A DNA stretch of 20,000 nucleotides. It comes from an uncultured virus (IMG/VR IMGVR_UViG_2751185397_000002) (taxonomy: Duplodnaviria; Heunggongvirae; Uroviricota; Caudoviricetes). Both the position numbers and the translations under genes were made by a program. Location: the IMG/VR virus record IMGVR_UViG_2751185397_000002; one strand, 5' to 3'. Of the stretch, positions 12,901-16,491 are shown piece after piece. A model generated the notes under the pieces. That model was not told the origin of the DNA, searched no databases, and saw only the letters and a program-made list of their open reading frames with translations. The first letter of the stretch is position 1; every line of letters starts with the position of its first letter.

Positions 12901-14872
12901 CGGCAGCCCGGCAACGGTCTACTTCGGCAAGTTCGATACCGAAAGCGAAGCTATGGCAGCGCTCGACCGGATGAAGGAAAAATACAAGGATCGCAATGAT
13001 ATTCGTGTCGATTCTGGTATTGATAGCGAAGATTCGCACCAACTGTATGCCGGTATTTCGCCGGAAACGGTTGCGCTGTTCGGTGAAGCAATTGGCGCCG
13101 GTGATGTGGCAAATAAATATTACCAGATCGCATTATCAGAACGCAGCGCGTTGAAGCGCCGCCTGGAAAGAAAAGGCACTCCGGGTTACAGCCAGGATTT
13201 GCCGCGTGTGCTGTCCAATTTCATTACCAGCAATGGCCGTTTTTCTGCGCAGCGGTACTATCTGCGCGATCTAAACGAATCCATCCGCACCATCCCGCAG
13301 AATAAAGGCGACGTGAAGGATGAGGCGATTCAACTGAAAAAATTCATTGTTGACCCGGGTGATCCTGCCGCGCCGCTATCAACCGTGATGTTCGCCTGGT
13401 TCTTGGGTGGTTCAGTCGCGGCGGCTATGATCAATATGACACAGCCGGTTATGATGACCGGTCCGTACCTGTCGCAATTCGGATTGAAGAGTGCGACGAG
13501 CGAATTAACCAAGGCAATTCCTTACGCTATGGGCAAAAAGGAAATTACCGATAAAAGTCTGAAGGACGCGCTGCAACGCGCAAGCCGTGAGGGCGTGGTC
13601 GATGCTCAGGAAATTTTCCACCTATATAGTATGGGTGCGCAAAGTATCGCATCCGGTTTGATCGGCACGCTATCGCGCATACCTGGAGCTGGCAAAGCGA
13701 TCAAGGCCGGTAGCGACAATGCGCGCGCGCGTATCAATGCATTCCTGACGCTGTGGGGTTCCATGTTCTCGCTGGCGGAGAAATTTAACCGCAAGCTGAC
13801 GTTCATCGCGGCCTGGAACATGGCCAAAGAAAAAGGAAATGCCAATCCTTACGCCTTTGCGGTCCGGGCGGTCAACGAAACCCAGGGCATATACAATAAA
13901 GTGAACCGGCCTAATTGGGCACGCAATCCAGCAGGGCGCACTATCCTGACGTTCAAGCAATTCAGTTTGATGTACGTGGAAATGCTGTCGCGCATGTGGA
14001 AGCGTGGCGGACCGGAAGGAAAACGCGCGGCACTCATCATGCTGGCGGTGTTGATGCTGGCGTCCGGCGAGGAAGGATTGCCATTTGCGCAAGACTTGGA
14101 TGATCTGATTGATACCATCGGCCAGTTATTCGGGCTGGACACCAATATGCGCAGAAATAAGCGCGAAGCAGCGTATCAAATCTTGGGCGACAAGCTGGGC
14201 GATATGTTCTTATATGGTATATCGTCGCAATTGCCGCTGGATGTATCTGGCCGGTTAGGGCTTGGCAATTTCATACCGGGCACTGGATTGCTAAAAAAAT
14301 CGGATGAGCAAATGCGCACCCGCAACGCAATCGAGTTACTCGGACCAGCGGCCGGCATGGGATCCCAATTGGGCGATGCATACGACGCAGCAACCGAGGG
14401 AAATAGCGGAAAAGCATTGCAGAATCTCGCGCCCAAGGCTATCAAGGATATTCTTGCTGCCGAAGAAATGGCACGAAAAGGATATTCCAGCGACTTCAAG
14501 GGCCGAAAAGTGACTGACGTGGGATTGAGCGATGCTGCAATAAAGGCATCCGGATTCAATCCGACCAAGATCGCCAATGTGCACAGAAAGACAATGCCGC
14601 TACAGCAGGATATTTCTTTACAGAAAATCACCGAAACCAGCATAGCGAATCAGTGGGCGCGCGGAATCATGGAAAATGACAAGGCCATGATCGATGAAGC
14701 GAAGAAACGCCAGGACGATTGGAACAAGAAAAACCCAAGAATCCCGATAGCCATTAACGGCAATCAAATCCGTGACCGGGTTCGCTCGTTGAATACCGAT
14801 AAGAACACCCGGCTGCTGAAAGACTCTCCGAAGGAAATGCGCGGCAGGATAGGCTTGGAATTGTTGGATTGA
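908..14872 (+). CDS. 4654-aa phage polyvalent protein (SLT + InPase-like + DarB-like methyltransferase/SF2 helicase + metallopeptidase-like + ART-like + PLxRFG), probably virion-packaged and injected
   Basis: Uninterrupted 13,965-nt ORF, AAGAGG RBS just upstream of ATG 908, terminator just after the stop. Motifs: QES..GGMQIMPGTF; GNYKKGH..YGY..DGDQVDV..FDEHK; LEPSLGVGNF and NPPF; GAGKT, DEMH, ATGTP, QREGRIIRRGN; HEIEGH; PLVVYHGT..QIKSATGN; YAPLMRFG. Confidence 0.93.
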   Translation: MGSSEIGLSDFFSKQDGSGKQKQSTPSKGLSLPDLNQIVTSEGADHLKPVIQAIYNQESGSGSNARTSSDGARGGMQIMPGTFQRYAKPGESINNPDDNMRVGVRIIKDLGDKFGNDPAKIATGYFSGEGNVNKERGQAFKKDHADGNGKRVSSYVGDILAALGGVSDAHAESMPEASKPDLDKAPKWTDIVINPEFSKLSQEQQSLAKKAYFDHYIRPHAGGQADSLLQQFMAAPNEPRDRTMGEVASDTGAQLLEGMHNILGAVPNLFAPEGDIAGYFNQKSKDAQELQSDPLKARIARADAAIKEADKDGVMAQIAEAAGQYFSDPALAARFIVTNLPSMIPGIGVAKLTQMAAKARGASAATAGALATTAAGATGAVLNAGGARGEAFNDIKETLIKQGMDPDQAEEEALKDSRVSAAVGGLAGFVSGKTGLENSLFGQGTSKSAVKAFAKGAAAELGGEQLEEVAPKVATNYMAGQYDNRRLGQDVGRTIIETGIASSPGATFSGGVSAANTFRQPEQPEQPEQQQVDPQDETQQAQPEVQPGATQEPSQPQADASEHPTVQTANSIVRDLAQQAGIPEEVVLPKSPLSPENLSQKLNQNTGFDKDVLNFAEGRLNQLLEKRDGHIQTGIGDNGLSDQMIEGQGLSPQEQQELDALQSMRGNVSGIKDLYGLNPQQTPEEKQPESVKKLNPVESAPVADRSEDDLRQQMRNANDGRVRNAIAEELRNRDREKSDREAADNLVTVSEKRAKKTGETGDSRVNDQIEKAQETIQHVEAAHHDVANKVNAAAHEAATSPENDRPEPTEAQKQAGNYKKGHLNFDGLDISVENPAGSKRSGTDPNGKPWSVDMTAHYGYLKRSEGADGDQVDVYVPENPVPGSPVYVFDQFNHDGKFDEHKAVVGVSTQEEAQKVYDAHFSDGSGPQRRRGVTAMSASDFKQWAQNGNTQKPLSKPKTEREAKERKKPIKDTINTEQSTSKVVADTGTKKATKKEEHKPKTEKESKARRAKQKEISNATQANETKQTETPGTAETATPKEPDVAIEQQDTAQFAKNKIFTAAKVAAARARLKSKLNTLNSGVDPELLQDGITLAGAYIESGFRTFGEYSDAMINDLGEKVRPYLRSFYEAARHYPGLDTTGMTTAAELDLMEKEGTASHVKQAEGNEIAIGTIEKPKKRTKERKKTDLVLKNDYGVSSIDGYDNETGEGASGVVKRQFLSDTKKYLEGVQKSLAAAGFVPHARNGKALKPVSVNEGGIAVSGDVTLSMFNPEKQRGIYIHIGGTSLRGTVPTTKSGVSVMMRVTKENDPSGGDNNRWMPVNMTDQELANAASIEVEKVADRVNPVAKTPDQLQDTTKPQEVVNANPISTESVSAGNNAGDTENAATGNGHSKPLDNGVAENGESTDSDRGVSGSADSAGRKRAKSTQRSEPESPVELGESRSDGADASAADTERGAGRGSVEQDHSIDAEEIGKGGLAKKYRDNVDAIKLLKNLETEGRKATPQERKTLAKYVGWGAMKGPFDPENKAWEKQHAELKELLTDSEYKAARASTRNAHYTSPVAVGAMYSALQRLGFNGGRLLEPSLGVGNFFGLMPKDLRNSSQLHGVELDSLTSRLAAALYPKAKIAQSTGFEDFDIPSEYFDVVIGNPPFGNEPLVDKERSAYSGFSIHNYFLAKSIDKLRPGGIMAVVVSHNFMDAQDGRVRKWIGERASLIGGVRLPNTAFKENAGTEVVTDILVFQKNDPNGLNKNAAPWQDVADQTNINSKTDEPVTHKVNQFFVSQPQYVLGKPSAAGKMYSANEYTVESTGDIGKQLSEWVDSLPKDIFTSIARTNDSKSTDMAVPDGIKVGSFYVDASGKVMRRGADVMGEKTAEAWQPKSEAQLGRMKGMIAIRDTLRTQMRMERSPDATHQEIEDNRAELNRVYDDFIKKYKFINTVTNRGIFLDDTEAHLIQGLEFDYDRGISKAVAEKEGIEPKAPSANKADIFKRRVAFPPQDFLKVSTAKDALLASLNYRGGIDLPYMSEVYGKSPEDIIQELGDVVFDDPQSGIVAADEYLSGDVKTKLQEAKDAAQADKKYTRNVEALEKVIPKDKTPSEISVSIGASFVPADVYQQFIKHISGVDADVSYIKATGQWVTALNNQGDTTLNTAKFGTSDLPAISLFQLTMLGRGAVVKKTVRNPDGSTTTYVLEQETEAAREKQNTIKAEWQKWLWQDAERADKIASIYNDKMNRIVLRKYDGSHMSFPGMNPSIELLGNQKNGVWRGLQSYRVLFDHVVGAGKTFAMTALAMEMRRLGIARKPFFAVPNHLTLQWMNEFTRLYPGSNVLAATPEDFSKDNRERMFAKIITGDWDAVIVGHSSLKKIGLPPETESEVLQEQIDELAASIEEMKRARGDRRIVADMERIRKNLEAKMKDKLAAIGERSKVVTFDELGIDAMMIDEMHEFKNLAYHTTMDRNPGMGNPAGSSKAFDLFVKTQWLFNTFGEKAPYVTATGTPVSNSLVEMFNMQRYMQYPTLKREGLNVFDAWAKQFGSVENVYEVAPSGSGYRQSTRFAKFTNLPALMSLYNTFADTITLDDLKVQEEAQGKRFPVPKISGGRPTLIVAKRSPAVAALMGVPRAQVDDNGNIEFSADLNKEIKIQHDEKSDKYDAYVGDNHVGKFDTEQDARLKIAELALSPVVSVNPDSIVGRFANLRQLTRDTKGKVNALSLTGEANKAGLDYRLINPSAPDFKGSKINLAVDNMMRIYKQWQSDRGTQLVFCDLSVPLSARSSFSNKPRRLYVRNESGALDMKRGTMHTMPGHEDLPYFIVQRGSGKDSKRFDVYDAASGAAILTDSRSKQDAMDAANGMLSNDDKRNDWITKRESTGEIEQEAIDDFNNENEVETENLELFTREDIAGMSGATKFSVYDDIKKKLIAKGVPEREIAFIHDYSTPVAKNKLFKAVNEGEIRFLLGSTPKMGAGTNVQKRLVGLHHIDAPWRPSDLEQREGRIIRRGNELYERDPDGFEVFIGRYATEQTYDTRRWQILEHKARGIEQLRNYDGTINEIEDIDGEAANAADMKAAASGDPLILEETRLRNEVRRLEKLQASHADEVLAMTRKARDAEYYAKKTAPSIISEAQGLLDEAKKHKLDSEGFSPIAVQGRKPKADKESAYKELASAFNSVREHIIDTADVQYRGIDFRLEHLASSVILRTPTGSSGVWMMSDAFSPSGMVQRMKNYIDRLPDTIQDAKAHADKSIKDAAALREQAKQPFQQAGDLEKTREEHKRVQRALMAKGPQVPDEQKALLVAGIEKQKSRLRTLGYGDALDELLSNADQASLLLGNPANVGGVEIDVARSTVDRIVAANQKVWNIDISTVATFDDLPDNVKNNIAKNYGEDAAKNAKGLVHNGKVYVIANNNESEADIEQTLLHEIEGHMGVRRLYGSEITKKLNDLYIAIGGRKGLIKLANDRGITGSLVDYADMLKNTELPNETRIKIMMDEALAHYAQTPKFGDKVKAIVGMIRAWLRDHKFAKLAEFGETDLLNILRQGRQKLKTGDGGNDSALMMGDRKSGITETITIDGIDRPTRNSNGKPIYPTVEGIRNFWKWFGDSRVVDDQGRPLVVYHGTDKDFNEFKKDSFFSDDVNNAKPYGNRVVESYLKIINPEVADYSGAQDNDKDFDIEEAKDNGNDGLIILNADDGYHVGNQYIAFHPNQIKSATGNTGAFSENDESILFRKGGKEPDDYSSSVDSAQEKLFNFFGNSKEKSPKNFGLYHKTLSTQYHKALKDQHYGKVFSLANAMQNHVSLASIRPSELAPGVLPRVDDVKSAAKGLFKGAQNQKYIKKVADAMFAGTLAGKGATDGRVWDDTELKNVFGLDKTGISLYRQARAAVDASIDELAAAEGYAMAQHIVPKDMRRMIIDEPGIAGTLLKSEVERQANVLNIAIQSARKRGDDEGAARLAALQESYASTLKNLNTIFDTAAGLKKGGYAPLMRFGKWTVTAQEIDPQTGAVERDENGSPATVYFGKFDTESEAMAALDRMKEKYKDRNDIRVDSGIDSEDSHQLYAGISPETVALFGEAIGAGDVANKYYQIALSERSALKRRLERKGTPGYSQDLPRVLSNFITSNGRFSAQRYYLRDLNESIRTIPQNKGDVKDEAIQLKKFIVDPGDPAAPLSTVMFAWFLGGSVAAAMINMTQPVMMTGPYLSQFGLKSATSELTKAIPYAMGKKEITDKSLKDALQRASREGVVDAQEIFHLYSMGAQSIASGLIGTLSRIPGAGKAIKAGSDNARARINAFLTLWGSMFSLAEKFNRKLTFIAAWNMAKEKGNANPYAFAVRAVNETQGIYNKVNRPNWARNPAGRTILTFKQFSLMYVEMLSRMWKRGGPEGKRAALIMLAVLMLASGEEGLPFAQDLDDLIDTIGQLFGLDTNMRRNKREAAYQILGDKLGDMFLYGISSQLPLDVSGRLGLGNFIPGTGLLKKSDEQMRTRNAIELLGPAAGMGSQLGDAYDAATEGNSGKALQNLAPKAIKDILAAEEMARKGYSSDFKGRKVTDVGLSDAAIKASGFNPTKIANVHRKTMPLQQDISLQKITETSIANQWARGIMENDKAMIDEAKKRQDDWNKKNPRIPIAINGNQIRDRVRSLNTDKNTRLLKDSPKEMRGRIGLELLD
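1030..1390 (+). other. Domain: soluble lytic transglycosylase (SLT/lysozyme-like)
   Basis: Catalytic Glu motif IYNQES, GARGGMQIMPGTF (GLMQ-like), NPDDNMRVG, GYFSGEGNV (AYNAG-like) and a terminal YV, in the canonical order. Confidence 0.88.
2465..2500 (+). repeat. In-frame 9-bp tandem repeat (CAGCCAGAG)x3 followed by (CAG)x3, encoding QPEQPEQPEQQQ
   Basis: Read directly: cagccagag cagccagag cagccagag cagcagcag. Confidence 0.9.
3329..3750 (+). other. Domain: inorganic pyrophosphatase-like (InPase of polyvalent proteins)
   Basis: PTEAQKQAGNYKKGH..ISVENPAGSKRSG..W...M..HYGY...EGADGDQVDVY...DQ...FDEHK...FKQW. DGDQVDV corresponds to the family I PPase DGDPxD motif. Confidence 0.8.
4998..5294 (+). 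CDS. 98-aa hypothetical protein nested in the +1 frame inside the giant ORF
   Basis: AGGAGGT at 4986-4992, 5 nt before ATG 4998. Globular-looking product (IANRWIMGWPKTVKALIATGEYLEAL). The giant frame over the same bases is a low-complexity S/G/A/D/E/R linker. Confidence 0.7.
   Translation: MQTLYQPKAYPPEIMQAIQKMPPLATDIANRWIMGWPKTVKALIATGEYLEALTVQEENERKALSDPSLNHLSSWEKAEVMGLTQAPPTPSEEPDEEA
5330..6135 (+). other. Domain: DarB-like N6-adenine DNA methyltransferase
   Basis: YVGWG, NAHYTS (motif X), LLEPSLGVGNFFG (motif I), GVELD, VIGNPPF at 5852-5863 (motif IV), LRPGG, VRLPNTAF, TDILVFQK. Confidence 0.92.
7640..10110 (+). other. Domain: SF2 (SNF2-related, DarB-type) helicase with two insertions
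   Basis: DHVVGAGKTF (Walker A), VPNHL, IDEMHEFKN (Walker B), ATGTPVSNS (III), GTQLVFCD (IV), MGAGTNVQ (V), PWRPSDLEQREGRIIRRGN (VI). Confidence 0.92.
10890..11500 (+). other. Domain: zincin-like metallopeptidase with HExxxH motif
   Basis: AKGLVHNGKVYVIANN...TLLHEIEGHMG (HEIEGH at 11138-11155) and downstream DEALAHYAQ helix supplying a probable third ligand. Confidence 0.65.
11575..12060 (+). other. Domain: ADP-ribosyltransferase-like (ART-PolyVal type)
   Basis: NFWKWFGDSRVVD..GRPLVVYHGT...FFS....A..Y....YLKIINP...GNDGLII...YIAFHPNQIKSATGNTGAF matches the pattern I recognise for this family. Confidence 0.75.
12100..14872 (+). other. PLxRFG domain and helical C-terminal region of large phage proteins
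   Basis: GYAPLMRFG (PLMRFG at 12821-12838), later FLGGSVAAAMINMTQ, AEKFNR, TQGIYNKVNRP, TFKQF, GLPF motifs and hydrophobic helices. Confidence 0.75.
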
Positions 14873-14883
14873 TGACAGCAAAC

Positions 14884-14905
14884 AAACCCGCTCCGGCGGG
14901 TTTTT
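14884..14905 (+). terminator. Rho-independent terminator of the giant gene (possibly bidirectional)
   Basis: AAACCCGC-TCCG-GCGGGTTTTT, 11 nt after the stop codon; A-rich run on the 5' side. Confidence 0.88.
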
Positions 14906-14931
14906 AATTCCGTCGAATTCGACGGAATTAA
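14904..14931. repeat. 28-bp perfect palindrome TTAATTCCGTCGAATTCGACGGAATTAA
   Basis: TTAATTCCGTCGAA is the exact reverse complement of TTCGACGGAATTAA, with no spacer. Confidence 0.95.
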
Positions 14932-14934
14932 CCA

Positions 14935-14978
14935 ATGTTGATTTTTTCGACCACAAATGAGGTATGGAAAATCAACAT
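14935..14978. repeat. 11-bp inverted repeat ATGTTGATTTT / AAAATCAACAT with 22-nt spacer
   Basis: Arms at 14935-14945 and 14968-14978, read directly. Confidence 0.8.
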
Positions 14979-15102
14979 CACTTCTGAAGTTGCATCAAGT
15001 CAGCGCAAGCAATTCGCTAAAAAAGTGCGGTTTTGTCAATCAGGCCAAAAAAGCAAACTGACATAAATGCTTGAGCATGAAAGCACAAGAAAAATCTGCA
15101 AA

Positions 15103-15123
15103 GTAACCCCGGTGTAACCCCGG
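15103..15123. repeat. Tandem direct repeat GTAACCCCGG x2 (11-bp period), candidate integrase arm-type sites
   Basis: gtaaccccgg-t-gtaaccccgg, about 50 bp from the tRNA 3' end. Repeat seen directly; function inferred. Confidence 0.65.
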
Positions 15124-15166
15124 AAAAAAGAAAGAGGTTGAGCATCGCTGCTAACCCCTTCTTTTT
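15124..15166 (-). terminator. Rho-independent terminator downstream of tRNA-Lys
   Basis: Minus strand: AAGGGGTTAGCA-GCGA-TGCTCAACCTC followed by TTTCTTTTTT. GNRA loop, one bulge, one G-U pair. Confidence 0.75.
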
Positions 15167-15169
15167 AAT

Positions 15170-15245
15170 TGGTAGGTCGTGGCAGATTCGAACTGCCGAC
15201 CAACGGATTAAAAGTCCGCTGCTCTACCGGCTGAGCTAACGACCC
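15170..15245 (-). tRNA. tRNA-Lys (anticodon UUU)
   Basis: Reverse complement GGGTCGTTAGCTCAGCCGGTAGAGCAGCGGACTTTTAATCCGTTGGTCGGCAGTTCGAATCTGCCACGACCTACCA: 76 nt, D-arm, CTTTTAA anticodon loop, GGCAG-TTCGAAT-CTGCC T-arm, encoded CCA. Confidence 0.97.
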
Positions 15246-15248
15246 GAA

Positions 15249-15284
15249 GCGCAGCATTATACCTGAATCAATTACCGATAGAAA
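15249..15284 (-). promoter_or_regulatory. Sigma70-type promoter of tRNA-Lys with GC-rich discriminator
   Basis: Minus-strand TATAAT at 15256-15261 followed by GCTGCGC. Only a weak -35 (TTTCTA) at 17-bp spacing. Confidence 0.6.
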
Positions 15285-15626
15285 TGGCTTTATCAGATTG
15301 AGTGTTTGTTCTTATGCTATAAGAGATACGGCTATAATGCCTAGCACACTGACAATAGCGCGAGTATTGGATAAAATGTATGCAAAAATACTGTANNNNN
15401 NNNNNNNNNNNNNNNNNNNNNNNNNNNNNNNNNNNNNNAAAATCAAATCCATATCCTTCTGGTATTTATTCTGCCAGAATCAACAAGTAACAAGTGGTAT
15501 TGAAATCAAGTGGCATCATTAAGGCGACAGGAAGCGGAAGTCCGGTTCGTATTTTTAAAAAAACCGTAAGCCAGTCGAATAATGGTAGATCAACTCTATT
15601 TTTGTGATTAAGGAAAGTAACTGATA

Positions 15627-16491
15627 ATGCTGACACATTTGCAGCGCTTAGAAGCGGAGAGCATACAAATCATGCGGGAAGTCGTCGCGGAGTGCGAACA
15701 CCCGGTGATGCTTTATTCCATTGGTAAAGACAGCGCTGTCATGCTGCATCTGGCGGTAAAGGCATTTTNNNNNNNNNNNNNNNNNNNNNNNNNNNNNNNN
15801 NNNNNNNNNNNNNNNNNNNNNNNNNNNNNNNNNNNNNGAATTGCTGGTTCATATTAATCCACGCGGTGTGGAGAAAGGAATAAATCCGTTTACGCACGGC
15901 TCGGCGGTTCATACGGATATTTGGAAAACCGAAGGGTTGAAGCAAGCGTTGGATAAGTACGGTTTCGATGTGGCTTTTGGCGGCGCGCGCCGGGATGAGG
16001 AGAAATCCCGTGCGAAGGAACGCATTTTTTCCATCCGCTCGGCGCAACATCGTTGGGATCCCAAGCTGCAACGGCCGGAACTGTGGCGGTTATATAATGC
16101 GCGTAAGAATAAAGGTGAGAGTATCCGGGTATTCCCGCTTTCCAACTGGACTGAACTCGATATCTGGCAATATATTTATCTGAATGACATTCCCATAGTA
16201 CCGCTTTATTTTGCCAAGGAACGTCCTGTTGTCGAGCGCGATGGCACATTGATCATGGTGGATGACGAACGTTTGCCGATGCGGGAAGGCGAACAGCCGA
16301 TGATGAAGACGGTGCGGTTCCGCACCTTGGGTTGTTATCCGCTTACCGGCGCAATTGAAAGCGAAGCGAATACGCTGACGGCGATTATTCAGGAAATGCT
16401 GCTGGCAAGAACCTCCGAGCGGCAAGGCCGGTTGATTGATCACGATTCCGCCGGTTCGATGGAAAAGAAAAAGCAGGAGGGTTATTTCTAA
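15627..16491 (+). CDS. cysD: Sulfate adenylyltransferase subunit 2, interrupted by an assembly gap (N 15769-15837)
   Basis: [36 protein letters not shown] before the gap; [50 protein letters not shown] after it. The frame change across the Ns reflects inexact gap length. Confidence 0.95.

Larger units (their letters stand above)
1..15170. mobile_element. Right-hand end of a probable prophage integrated at the 3' end of tRNA-Lys; left end and integrase are outside the window
   Basis: Giant polyvalent protein of the type carried by phages, followed within 300 bp by the 3' end of a tRNA, beyond which are only housekeeping genes. No capsid, terminase or integrase gene is visible here, so phage identity and boundary are inferred. 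Confidence 0.8.

Noticed and set aside
14618..14956. 112-aa minus-strand ORF containing NSVEFDGIKN
   Set aside because: It runs through the terminator and antisense to the giant gene; the peptide is just the translation of the palindrome, with no other domain features.
14935..15066. 43-codon plus-strand ORF after the terminator
   Set aside because: No RBS, lies downstream of a strong terminator and overlaps dyad elements.
14880..15170. Possible CRISPR array or IS ends among the repeats
   Set aside because: No repeat-spacer periodicity, no transposase and no target-site duplication.
15298..15522. 74-aa ORF and TATAAT-like boxes upstream of cysD
   Set aside because: The ORF spans an N gap in AT-rich intergenic DNA, and the -10-like boxes lack a well-spaced -35, so neither can be supported.
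15627..16491. Apparent frameshift or split of cysD into two ORFs
   Set aside because: The frame change lies across a 69-N gap that looks shorter than the missing conserved segment; assembly artefact, not a pseudogene.
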